DNA from: a virus
Taxonomy: Duplodnaviria; Caudoviricetes
Length of the DNA: 26,299 bases
Strand: one strand, 5' to 3'
IMG/VR virus record: IMGVR_UViG_3300023116_000290
Location: 1-26,299 of that record
A program made the position numbers and the translations under genes. Shown one piece after another: positions 16,197 to 25,241 of the stretch (positions are counted from its first letter, which is position 1; every line of letters starts with the position of its first letter). Under the pieces are notes generated by a model that was given only the letters and a program-made list of their open reading frames with translations, was not told the DNA's origin and searched no databases.

Positions 16197-17495
16197 TTAC
16201 TCAAGAAAGTTGTTTGTTGTGGCATTACTGTCAACACCATAAGAATCACTTAGGAGTCTAAGATGTGTAAATCCTTTAATGCCATCATCGGTCATTTCAA
16301 TGTTATGTCTCAAGTCTTTAATGATGTAGGTGCCACTTTGGTGTTTTGATTCACCAACACCACTTTGAATGAGTGAGATGTCGATGGCACGACCTGCTTT
16401 GAGTCTGAAGTTAAGCGGAACCGTTGCCCTCAATGATCTAGACATGATTGATGCATATCTCATTCTTGATTGGGCTTTGGTCTTGTGAATGTTGTCTTCA
16501 CCATCTCCAGAATCATCATATTTCATTTGACCATCGGTTTTCATTGTCCCATCAACAAAGAACTGAACACTATCAAAATTCATCGAATCATTAAAAGAGT
16601 AGTTGGCAATGCCTTCACTACCAAAATGTGATTGACCAGAGAAAACTTTGTTTGCGTAACTCAGTTCTTGACCAGGAACTTTAAAACCTTGAGCTAAACT
16701 ATGAACGTTAAAATATTTGGCACTGTCACTATACATGCCTTTTGCCATTTGGTCAAGTATATTTTGATCTTTCTCAAACCTCATGTTGTATATGTTGAAG
16801 TCCTCATTCTCGTCAACAACATCACTCTGTCTGAAGAACTCAATTACATTGGTCTTTGCATTAGAAGCAATAGTATCAATACTTTCAAACCTATATCCAT
16901 CAGCAGTCTCATAAAATGTAAATCCAACTCTAGATGTTCCAGATCCATCATCACTACCAGTTCCAGATGCAGATCTCTTTGCTAACCAATACAGAGCTTT
17001 ATAAGGTGTCCAGTGATTACCATAGAACCCATAAGAGTTTGCAGTATCTTCAATATATACAGGTCTAGATGTTCCAAGAGTATTCAAAATACTTGAAACG
17101 TGTGTACTGATTGGGGCTTTTGGATCAAATCTCTGTGTGAGTTTGTTTGAGTAGTTCTTATAGGCGTCTGGATTAGTTGCAAGAATAGTATAAAGAGTAG
17201 AAGTAGAACTACTGTCGTTCTGTTGTGTTGATGATACAGAAAGATCATCAAAAGACAAAGTTCCAGTTGGGTGTGCAATCTCAAAGGACATTGTTTCAGT
17301 ACCTTTGAACTTTCTAGATGCAAGAATTTGATCCGTACCCGCAAGAACAGCAGTGACGTTTATGTTTGGTTGGAAGATACTTTCATAATAATCAAAGTTC
17401 AAGATCGCATTGATCTCTCCACCAACGTCAGCTGGATTGCCCTCCAGATCTGTAAGTCTAAAAGTATTGAAACGAATATCCTTGATGTATGACAT
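16197..17495 (-). CDS. Baseplate hub protein, gp27-like (432 aa)
   Basis: Position just before gp5. Motifs FDYYESIF, WTPYKALYWLA, FYETADGYRFESID and SGTYIIKDLRH are typical of hub proteins. Confidence 0.6.
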   Translation of the reverse strand: MSYIKDIRFNTFRLTDLEGNPADVGGEINAILNFDYYESIFQPNINVTAVLAGTDQILASRKFKGTETMSFEIAHPTGTLSFDDLSVSSTQQNDSSSTSTLYTILATNPDAYKNYSNKLTQRFDPKAPISTHVSSILNTLGTSRPVYIEDTANSYGFYGNHWTPYKALYWLAKRSASGTGSDDGSGTSRVGFTFYETADGYRFESIDTIASNAKTNVIEFFRQSDVVDENEDFNIYNMRFEKDQNILDQMAKGMYSDSAKYFNVHSLAQGFKVPGQELSYANKVFSGQSHFGSEGIANYSFNDSMNFDSVQFFVDGTMKTDGQMKYDDSGDGEDNIHKTKAQSRMRYASIMSRSLRATVPLNFRLKAGRAIDISLIQSGVGESKHQSGTYIIKDLRHNIEMTDDGIKGFTHLRLLSDSYGVDSNATTNNFLE

Positions 17496-19477
17496 TAGGC
17501 GTTGGCTGGTTTAGGACCTGTGAGAACAATGACGATCTGAGTGTCTCCAGATGTATCTATATTTAATGACTGGAAACTCTCCTGACCTTCGAATTTCAAG
17601 TTAGGGTCAAGTTTGAAACCAGGATAGATTTCTCCAGGTTGTTCAACACGACCCTTCTCAATATCATCCATGGTTTTCTGCATAAAGATACCATAGGCAT
17701 CTGGAGAGATCTTGTCTCTAATAAACAATTCATCCAACAAATCTTTAACAGGAAGACCCTGTTTTGTCTTCATAAAGTTGTAGATAAATCCCATGGTCTT
17801 TGTACCAATCAATCCCTGAGGATTTTCTCTTACAATGTTTCCTTGGTTATCAAGAGTTGGAAGACCAACAGCCCTGAGAATATCTCTAATAAAGTTTACA
17901 TTGACAGGTAAATTATCTGGATCATATGCAGGTTTTCCACCAATCGTTACTGACTTACCAACTCTACCAATACCCTCAAGATAATCAACAAAATTGTTTC
18001 TAACAGTTGGGTTGTTCAATCCAAGGAAATCACCAAGAGTACCAGGGGCAACTTTAAGATCTTTACCAATAACACGAAGAGATGGAATAAAGTTGGTGAG
18101 TGTTTTGGAAGCCGCAGTGTAATCAGAAACGGCCTCCATTGGGATTTTACGGGCCAATCCCGCAAGACCACCAGTTCCTCTTACTGGAGGGGGTTCATTC
18201 TCAGCTGCGGCGATGTCCGCCTCAGCGGCAGCACGTGCTGCTGGATCATTAGGATCTACACCAAGAGCCGCAAGGTCTGGATCGAGTTCCGCTTGTTGTG
18301 CCTGACGAATTATCTCTTCGCCTTCTTTTGCTTCTTGCTCTTCTTTCCTTCTTCTTCTTTCTGCCTCTTGTTGTTGGCGTCTTAATACTGTTTCCCTGTA
18401 TCGGTTTGATCTTTCCTCTTTTCTTTTAGCATTACGGGTTGCTGCTCTCTCTTGAGCAATACGTCTTCTAAGTCTATCAGTTCTAACCTGAACAATTCTA
18501 CTTCGAACTCTATTCAAATTAGTTACTTGTGGTTTAGTTCCACCAGTAGGACGTTGACCAAACTTACCACCCCTCTCTCTTACAGGCGCTCTACCACCTG
18601 GTACAACATCCAAAAGAGCTTGGCTAATGATCAAAATAGATGCACCAGGATTAGACCTGATCGCCTCTCTTTGGTCATTGATTTGTTTTGGACTAACAAC
18701 CTTTACACTTCCATTTTTGTCAACAGAGACTAAAAATCCATCTGGAGTTTGATAAATTTGACCTTTACCAGTCTTTTCTCTCTCTTCCTGCAAGACCTGT
18801 ACAACGTCTTGAACATAAATTGGAGTAACTCCAGGATCAGAAGGAACTGGAATTGCTTGACCAGGCCTGTTTGGGTCTGGAATAAGAACTGGGGGTGGTA
18901 CATATGGTTCTACTATTCCCAGTTCCTCTTCCATTTCCCTGAGAATTTCTGAAGCTTCCTGAATTTTTCCAGCTTCAACCAGTTCGTTGGCTTTCTTTAA
19001 CTTCTCCTCTCTTTTCTTTCTTGCAGCGACTTCTTCGGGAGTTTCTACTTCTTGTTCACGTCTTTCCTCTGTCTCTGGTACTGGTACTTCAGATGGAACT
19101 GGTGTTGGAGCAGGAGGTCTTGGTCTACCGCCACCCGAAGGAATACCACCAGGCAATCCACCCAGACCAGGAAAACCACCACCCGACTCTGGGCCACGTT
19201 GAGGTCTACCAAAGACAGAACCAGCAACCCCAGCCATTCCAGGAATGATTGGAATAACTCTCTTCAGTCTACGATCTAATAACTTAATTCTATCAAGATC
19301 TTGTTTAAAGGTATTATTATTTCTCTTCAGTAGATCAACAATACCCTTAGTTAAAGATGTGGTTATTCTAAGTCTATTACGAATGACATTCAAGTCAGTG
19401 TTATTTGCACCACCCAATTGTTGAATGGCACGTTCTCTATCATTTGGATCTAGGTCGCGGAATGGATTAAAAGCCAT
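17495..19477 (-). CDS. Tape-measure-region protein with Pro/Gly-rich and charged helical segments (660 aa)
   Basis: Long ORF between the lysozyme-bearing gene and the hub gene. Function is inferred from position only. Confidence 0.55.
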   Translation of the reverse strand: MAFNPFRDLDPNDRERAIQQLGGANNTDLNVIRNRLRITTSLTKGIVDLLKRNNNTFKQDLDRIKLLDRRLKRVIPIIPGMAGVAGSVFGRPQRGPESGGGFPGLGGLPGGIPSGGGRPRPPAPTPVPSEVPVPETEERREQEVETPEEVAARKKREEKLKKANELVEAGKIQEASEILREMEEELGIVEPYVPPPVLIPDPNRPGQAIPVPSDPGVTPIYVQDVVQVLQEEREKTGKGQIYQTPDGFLVSVDKNGSVKVVSPKQINDQREAIRSNPGASILIISQALLDVVPGGRAPVRERGGKFGQRPTGGTKPQVTNLNRVRSRIVQVRTDRLRRRIAQERAATRNAKRKEERSNRYRETVLRRQQQEAERRRRKEEQEAKEGEEIIRQAQQAELDPDLAALGVDPNDPAARAAAEADIAAAENEPPPVRGTGGLAGLARKIPMEAVSDYTAASKTLTNFIPSLRVIGKDLKVAPGTLGDFLGLNNPTVRNNFVDYLEGIGRVGKSVTIGGKPAYDPDNLPVNVNFIRDILRAVGLPTLDNQGNIVRENPQGLIGTKTMGFIYNFMKTKQGLPVKDLLDELFIRDKISPDAYGIFMQKTMDDIEKGRVEQPGEIYPGFKLDPNLKFEGQESFQSLNIDTSGDTQIVIVLTGPKPANA

Positions 19478-19480
19478 GTC

Positions 19481-20998
19481 TTATGCAACCCCCATATAGT
19501 TTTCATAAAGTCCACCACCACCAGGATCACGATCTGGAATTTCCGTAGATTGAGCAACTCCACCACCTTGACCACGGAGAGCAACGGCAACTCTTCGGTC
19601 AAGAATGGTTACATTTGAGCTCTTAGGACCAATACCACCACCCATAGCAATCTGACTTGACATTGGGGTAAATGAGGCGGATGATTGTTCCCCACCATTT
19701 CCAGCTGGAGGTTCTACAGGACCATTACTACCACCACCCCTCATTGCCTTCTGTCTGGCCTTGTCAAGAAGTGGTCCTAATCTATCTGGTCCAAGATCTT
19801 TACTCGCACGGTTTCCACCATATCCAACATACAAACTCTCACCAGCTTTAATGTTTCTACTTGGAACAGGACCACCCAGACCAGGATCATAACGAGAATA
19901 TTCACCCTGTTTCATATCATAAGGAACACCAACAGATGCAAACTCAGCAGCAAGTTCTAAGAGAGCTTCATCTCTACTAATCTTCTTAGAACCAGCTAAG
20001 TATTGTCCAATCTTAGGTCTCTTTTTAGTTACGACATATTCTCTAAACTTGTCTTGATTGGCCTCATTGAAAACATCAGTTCTCTTGATGTTCATACCAC
20101 TCACAAAACCTTTCATCGTGTCTGGAGTGATTTGATATTTACCAACTGCAAATAATTGACCTGCATCTTGGGCATCCATGATGTCACCAAAGGTCATTTC
20201 AGAAATTGGACTTGGTGGAGTATATCCAGCCTGACTTCCAGCAGTTCCAGTGTTATATGAGTTGATACCACCTTCACCACCAGAAATGGCACTGAATAAG
20301 TCATCAGCACCTTTTGCAGTTGGTGTTGTATTTGGATCCCCACCACCCATGAACTTCTCAAGGGCTTTGACAACAAATGCAGCAGTTTCAATACCCAGTC
20401 CCATCAGGGCTGCGTTTCCTAAGTTGCGAAGTCCACCACCAACTCTTGCAGCAGATCTTCTAAGTGGTTTGAAGAAATCTCTTGCAGTGGCTCTTCTTCT
20501 TGTAGCTCTTCTTTGTGATCTGTATTTTCCTCTTTGTGCAAGGAGTTCCTCACGATCCTTGATCATCTCATCACGATATTTCTTCTCCAAAGCAGCACTA
20601 TCGGCCATTGCCCTCGTGATTGCTGCAATATTCCCATTGATACGATCAATCTCTTCTACAATACCAGCTACAGTACGACTAACCGCAGATCTTGGTGCCT
20701 CAATAATTTGAGGAATAACAGTTTGTTGTGGAACAATATCACTGGTAGGTGTCTGAACCAATGGTTCAGGCAACATGATGTTAGGAGCATCATCAGCAGG
20801 ATCTTGATAATAATTTGGACCACCACCACCGATAAACTCTAGGGCTCTCTGTCTTCTCTCTTCTTCTACAATGTCTAATAGTTGATCACCCTGAGGTTCT
20901 GGTTGACCAAACAGTTTATTAGCTATACTTTTCTTGGCGCCTTCCTTGACGCCAAGTTTCAAGATATTATTAAATAACGCTCCTAATCCTACTGCCAT
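19481..20998 (-). CDS. Tail-associated protein with a lambda-lysozyme/GH104-like muramidase domain (505 aa)
   Basis: LFSAISGGEGG (candidate catalytic Glu)...AVGKYQITPDT...FNEANQD...LAAEFASV matches lambda R-type motifs. N-terminal coiled coil. Confidence 0.75.
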   Translation of the reverse strand: MAVGLGALFNNILKLGVKEGAKKSIANKLFGQPEPQGDQLLDIVEEERRQRALEFIGGGGPNYYQDPADDAPNIMLPEPLVQTPTSDIVPQQTVIPQIIEAPRSAVSRTVAGIVEEIDRINGNIAAITRAMADSAALEKKYRDEMIKDREELLAQRGKYRSQRRATRRRATARDFFKPLRRSAARVGGGLRNLGNAALMGLGIETAAFVVKALEKFMGGGDPNTTPTAKGADDLFSAISGGEGGINSYNTGTAGSQAGYTPPSPISEMTFGDIMDAQDAGQLFAVGKYQITPDTMKGFVSGMNIKRTDVFNEANQDKFREYVVTKKRPKIGQYLAGSKKISRDEALLELAAEFASVGVPYDMKQGEYSRYDPGLGGPVPSRNIKAGESLYVGYGGNRASKDLGPDRLGPLLDKARQKAMRGGGSNGPVEPPAGNGGEQSSASFTPMSSQIAMGGGIGPKSSNVTILDRRVAVALRGQGGGVAQSTEIPDRDPGGGGLYENYMGVA

Positions 20999-21180
20999 TA
21001 ACCGAGACCGTGTTCTTGTTGTTGTTTGAGTTTCTCAGCTTCAAGATAGTTTCTAAGAAGAGATACATAGATGTCTCTCTCCCACGGCATCATGTTTTCA
21101 ATTTCCGTCAAAGAGTATTTATGGTACTGCATCAACGAAAAATTAAGTTCGTAGTATGACTCAGCACTCATCTGAGCCAT
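20998..21180 (-). CDS. gp51: Baseplate hub assembly protein gp51 (cyanophage type, 60 aa); possibly made mainly as a frameshift extension of gp26
   Basis: YYELNFSLMQYHKYSLTEIENMMPWERDIYV is the cyanophage gp51 signature. No SD upstream. Confidence 0.85.
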   Translation of the reverse strand: MAQMSAESYYELNFSLMQYHKYSLTEIENMMPWERDIYVSLLRNYLEAEKLKQQQEHGLG

Positions 21181-21182
21181 AC

Positions 21183-21896
21183 TTAGGCGAAAAAACTTGA
21201 CAGTCCCTCTAACGTCACTTCATTATCAACACCCGTGTTTGGATTTTTCACAACAACAGTGTGTGAAAGTTTGGGCATAGTATCAAAGAACTTTTCAATC
21301 TCTCTAAATTGAGAAGAGTTGAACTGTTCGATGAATGTGATGAGTTCTTTCTTGGTACAGTCTGAAGCAGACCAGGCTTCATCTTCACTGTAGACCATAT
21401 CAATGCAAGATGCTACAAGAGCAAAGGTATCATCAGTATCACCCTTGAAGTTAAAGTTCTCACTGATGAACTGTTCCAAGGATGGATACTTCATTCTCAG
21501 AGTGTAGTTGTCATCAATTTGGATGTCAGTGGTATGATCCTTGTTTTTCTTCACTTCAATCTCATCAATATAGATCTGTGTGCGAACCTCAGTGACACCA
21601 TCATCAGGACAGGTCACAATAATATCAACACTTTCACCAACAGACTTTGCACGGATATTTAAGAACAGATATTCAATATCAAAGGTAGGAAGTGAATCCA
21701 CCTTGATACCTCTGGTAAGAATGCAATTTTTCAACACATCCTTAATAGCTCTTGTGATGTCTTTGAGATCTCCACTCTCAATCGCAAGAATAAGGATTTT
21801 CTCTTCTTTGACTAAAAAAGGTCTATACTTAACTGTCTTTCCTGTTGATGGTAAAGTCAGTTCATGGGTAGGGGTTGAAATTGTAGGTAAAGGCAT
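21183..21896 (-). CDS. gp26: Baseplate hub subunit/assembly chaperone gp26
   Basis: MPLP...LPSTGKTVKYRPFLVKEEKIL...FDIEYLFLNIRAKSVGE...CPDD...LEGLSSFF. Confidence 0.92.
   Translation of the reverse strand: MPLPTISTPTHELTLPSTGKTVKYRPFLVKEEKILILAIESGDLKDITRAIKDVLKNCILTRGIKVDSLPTFDIEYLFLNIRAKSVGESVDIIVTCPDDGVTEVRTQIYIDEIEVKKNKDHTTDIQIDDNYTLRMKYPSLEQFISENFNFKGDTDDTFALVASCIDMVYSEDEAWSASDCTKKELITFIEQFNSSQFREIEKFFDTMPKLSHTVVVKNPNTGVDNEVTLEGLSSFFA
21189..21195 (-). other. Candidate -1 programmed ribosomal frameshift site (T TTT TTC)
   Basis: X XXY YYZ heptamer in the correct phase, one codon before the gp26 stop. The -1 frame is open into the gp51 ATG. Confidence 0.65.
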
Positions 21897-21915
21897 GATA
21901 AGGAAGTCAGTGATT

Positions 21916-21922
21916 TATTTAG
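21916..21922 (-). promoter_or_regulatory. Putative late promoter (CTAAATA) for gp26
   Basis: Intergenic, 19 nt before ATG 21896. Confidence 0.65.
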
Positions 21923-21927
21923 AGCGA

Positions 21928-22800
21928 TTATCCGATGTCAACTCCAACATTGAAGTTACCTTGGAAAGCTTCAGGAGTATTTCCTTCTTGTGGACCACCA
22001 AAAGCTCCACCAATATTATTGATCTCAAAAAGTTCTTGTGCAGTTCCAGCACCAGTCAGTGCAATACCACCACCAGTGGATTCAAGAAGGTTCTGTTCGA
22101 AGAGTCTTTGTTGTTCTAAGATGGAAGCAGGACTTACATTAGAACTTCTATTGATAGTAACATTATCCACGATATAACGATCATATCTAAAGGTTACATT
22201 GCATTGTAACACATTTGATCCATTATAATTTACAGGTGTAGAGGCAATAGAATATGGCCAGGCTCTGAAGAAGTTATAACCAATCATAGAAATTCTATTC
22301 AAAGAATCAAACTCAAGTTCATTCTGTGTTTGTGGTCCACGACTAAATCTATCTTTATTAAATTTGTATATCTTCATCGCACACTTATAAGTGTCTGGAT
22401 AATTCAGTCTCATTACTTGACTGTTTCTACTCTGTGATCCAGACAAAGGATTCACAAGTTCAATCCAAGATTCAAAGAACTTCAAGACTTTATAGTCTCT
22501 ATCCACATAGAAACTGAAAGTCACATCATCATAGATTCTAGAAAATGCAACTCTCTCAGTAATACCCTGACGATCACCAGCAACTTCAATGTCACCGAAA
22601 CTTGATCCTGGGAGAACAGCATCGGAAACATATAATCCAAGATCTTCCGTCAAAAATCTTTGATCAATTCCCCTTTCTTTAGCTGCATTAACGACGTAAG
22701 AGTTCATGTCGAAATACACTTGATATGTGTTATCAAGTGCAACAGTTTGAAATCTGGAACGGATATCGTCTATTCGATATCGTCTTGGACCGAAAGGCAT
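21928..22800 (-). CDS. Tail-tube-fold protein, gp54/gp19-like (290 aa)
   Basis: AVLPGSSF...RIYDDVTFSFYVD...FFESWIELV...FRAWPYSI...NVTFRYD is a tail-tube family pattern. Confidence 0.72.
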   Translation of the reverse strand: MPFGPRRYRIDDIRSRFQTVALDNTYQVYFDMNSYVVNAAKERGIDQRFLTEDLGLYVSDAVLPGSSFGDIEVAGDRQGITERVAFSRIYDDVTFSFYVDRDYKVLKFFESWIELVNPLSGSQSRNSQVMRLNYPDTYKCAMKIYKFNKDRFSRGPQTQNELEFDSLNRISMIGYNFFRAWPYSIASTPVNYNGSNVLQCNVTFRYDRYIVDNVTINRSSNVSPASILEQQRLFEQNLLESTGGGIALTGAGTAQELFEINNIGGAFGGPQEGNTPEAFQGNFNVGVDIG

Positions 22801-22805
22801 GGGTT

Positions 22806-22839
22806 CTAAATAGATATCAGCCAGTTAAGAGTTATTTAT
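22806..22839. promoter_or_regulatory. Pair of face-to-face late promoters at the divergence point
   Basis: CTAAATA on + (22806-22812) and ATAAATA on - (22839-22833). Confidence 0.65.
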
Positions 22840-23278
22840 GAGTTATAAGGGGAAGTATAAGCCTTCCAATCCAAAGAAATATAAAGGTGATCCCACAAAC
22901 GTGGTTTATAGGTCTCTTTGGGAAAGAAAATTCATGAAATACTGTGATGATAATGAAAATATTCTTGAATGGGGTAGTGAAGAGTTTTTTGTTCCATACA
23001 AGGATCCAGTGACAGGAAAGAAAAGAAGGTACTTCCCAGATTTCTACATCAAATACATCGATGCAACTGGCAAAATGCGCCGAATGGTTGTGGAGATCAA
23101 ACCCGCAAAACAGTGCAAAGAACCAAACCCCAATCCACCCAAGAAAACAAAGACTTGGGTCAATGAAGTCTATACATGGGGTACGAATCAAGCTAAATGG
23201 AAAGCTTGTAAAGAATTTTGTGATGATCGTCTCTGGGAGTTCAAGATCTTTACTGAGAAAGAACTAGGTATTAAATGA
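22838..23278 (+). CDS. gp4: Head completion nuclease gp4
   Basis: YKGKYKPSNPKKYKGDPTNVVYRSLWERKFM...WGSEE...RYFPDF...VEIKP...NQAKW...FTEKEL. Confidence 0.95.
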   Translation: MSYKGKYKPSNPKKYKGDPTNVVYRSLWERKFMKYCDDNENILEWGSEEFFVPYKDPVTGKKRRYFPDFYIKYIDATGKMRRMVVEIKPAKQCKEPNPNPPKKTKTWVNEVYTWGTNQAKWKACKEFCDDRLWEFKIFTEKELGIK

Positions 23279-23784
23279 GTATCGCGTCCATCGTCAAATC
23301 TCAAACAGGTAATAAGAATCGCAGCCGCGATTGGTATCGTGGCACCTTGGCACAAGTTCTTCAGAACTATCAGGGTTTTGAGTATGACGATCCAGACAGT
23401 GATAGAGATCAGTCAGGTCCAGCAGAAGCTGGGGAGATGTACTTCTTTAATTACATCGCAACAAAACCCAATCGACTGAAGTATTATGACCAGTTCCCAG
23501 TTACATACATAATTAATACTTTCCCAGATGGTTTTCTGGGAGCAAACCTACATTATTTGGCACCTAAACTAAGACAAGGTGTTGCGTTATCTCTTCTAAA
23601 TAGTGGAGATGGTGTAGTTGTACCCAATAAAACCTTACACAGGTATTACTTTGGTGGGATACAAGGTGGCATGATGAGAGTACCAGAATCAGAGATGGCT
23701 GACGTGTCACTGTTACCCGTAGAAAAATTTGTCACTCCAAATGGAGTTGAGTATCCATCCTACAGAGTATGGAGGGATAAGTAA
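23275..23784 (+). CDS. gp2: DNA end protector gp2-like protein
   Basis: GEMYFFNY...YYDQFP...GFLGANLHYL motif; adjacent to gp4 with an ATGA overlap. Confidence 0.8.
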   Translation: MSIASIVKSQTGNKNRSRDWYRGTLAQVLQNYQGFEYDDPDSDRDQSGPAEAGEMYFFNYIATKPNRLKYYDQFPVTYIINTFPDGFLGANLHYLAPKLRQGVALSLLNSGDGVVVPNKTLHRYYFGGIQGGMMRVPESEMADVSLLPVEKFVTPNGVEYPSYRVWRDK

Positions 23785-25241
23785 TGGCAGAAGAGAAAAT
23801 TTCAAGTGCTGGTTTACTTAAAGTTCCAGGCACTCAGACGACATATTACGTCAAAGTTGATGCAGTTGCTGATACATACTCAGTAATCAAAGCGACTAAT
23901 CAAGAATTTCAAAATAATGAAGGAACTACATTATTTCAAATTAAAGACGCAAGTTCACTAAAAAGCTATACGGATATCCCAGAAGCAAACCAAGGTGAAG
24001 GTTGGAACGCTGACTTGATTGAAGCTAATGGTGGAGCATCACTATTAAGAGCCTCAAACAACACCGCGATCAATAACCTACAAAAGGCAAGAGTAGATCT
24101 AGTAGGTGACGCAACTCTACCACCACTTCAACCAGATACTCTACTTTCTGGTTTTGGTAACACACAGACAATCGCAGAGGGTGCTGCACAATTTGGATCA
24201 GACTTGATTGATGCCTTCCAAGGAGCAAATAGAACAGTCCCTGGTTTAGAAACACCAGGAACTGCTGATAGATTAATTGGTGGAAATGATGTTCTCAAGT
24301 ATCCAATAGATATGGATACAAACGAACAAGACTATCTCCAGATTAGGATTTTTAGTTATAAGGCAGGTGGATTACCAACAATCGGAGCAGCCACCAATCA
24401 AGGCCAAACAGCAAGACAAGAAAAAGCAAGAGAAATCATTCAAATCCCTATCCCCAATGCAATTCGGGATCAAAACAGTGTGAACTGGGGTCCTGGGCAA
24501 ATGACCAGTACATCTGGCGAAGCTGCACAAGCAGTTGCAGGTGCTTTATTAAGTGAAGGTGGTGCTGCAGGTGCAGAAGGAGCTGCAGGTGCGTTACAAG
24601 ATGGTTTTGAAACTGGTGCAGCTTTACTTGGAGGACTTGGTAGTGCAGGACTCAACGCACTCAAAAACAAATTTATTAGAAGAAGATTTGCTGCAAACAA
24701 ATTAGCAGGTGCTCTGAGTGGTTTAGGTATCAATGTTGATGTCAACCAAGCAATCACACGTCTTGGTGGAGTTATTGAAAACCCAAATCTTGAACTATTG
24801 TTCACTGGTCCTGCACTTAGAACATTCCAGTTTACTGTTAGATTCACACCAAGAAGCGCACCAGAATCTGCAAGAGTTCGTCAAATCATTAGAGCTCTGA
24901 AAGAGAGATCCGCAGTCAAAAAAGGTGTCTCATTCGGTGGATTCAACGAAACTGGTGATAACTTACTTCTAGGAACACCAGACGTATTCCGTCTCGAATA
25001 CAAAAAGAGAGGTTCTATAGGAACTGGTATTGGTAACAACATTAAGGGATTAAATAAGTTCAAGACTTGTGCCCTAACTAATGTATCTGTTGACTACACA
25101 GGTGAAGCTGGTAGATGGGCAGCATATGACGGTGACAGTCAACCAGTCACCACCATTGTTACTTTAGCATTCTCCGAACTTGTTCCTCTATATGATAGTG
25201 ACTATCTGACCGTTGGTAACGAAGACGACGTAGCATTCTAA
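23784..25241 (+). CDS. gp48: Baseplate tail tube cap gp48
   Basis: LKYPID...IPIPNAIRDQNSVNW...NPNLELLFTGPALRTFQFTVRFTPRS...CALTNVSVDYT...LAFSEL. Confidence 0.88.
   Translation: MAEEKISSAGLLKVPGTQTTYYVKVDAVADTYSVIKATNQEFQNNEGTTLFQIKDASSLKSYTDIPEANQGEGWNADLIEANGGASLLRASNNTAINNLQKARVDLVGDATLPPLQPDTLLSGFGNTQTIAEGAAQFGSDLIDAFQGANRTVPGLETPGTADRLIGGNDVLKYPIDMDTNEQDYLQIRIFSYKAGGLPTIGAATNQGQTARQEKAREIIQIPIPNAIRDQNSVNWGPGQMTSTSGEAAQAVAGALLSEGGAAGAEGAAGALQDGFETGAALLGGLGSAGLNALKNKFIRRRFAANKLAGALSGLGINVDVNQAITRLGGVIENPNLELLFTGPALRTFQFTVRFTPRSAPESARVRQIIRALKERSAVKKGVSFGGFNETGDNLLLGTPDVFRLEYKKRGSIGTGIGNNIKGLNKFKTCALTNVSVDYTGEAGRWAAYDGDSQPVTTIVTLAFSELVPLYDSDYLTVGNEDDVAF

Noticed and set aside
18749-19279. 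Cluster of overlapping short ORFs over the Pro/Gly-rich region
   Set aside because: Locally high GC, low-complexity sequence of the 660-aa gene suppresses stops in other frames.
22838-23278. TnsA-like transposase or homing endonuclease reading of the PD-(D/E)xK motif
   Set aside because: Sequence and synteny match head completion protein gp4; no transposon ends are present.
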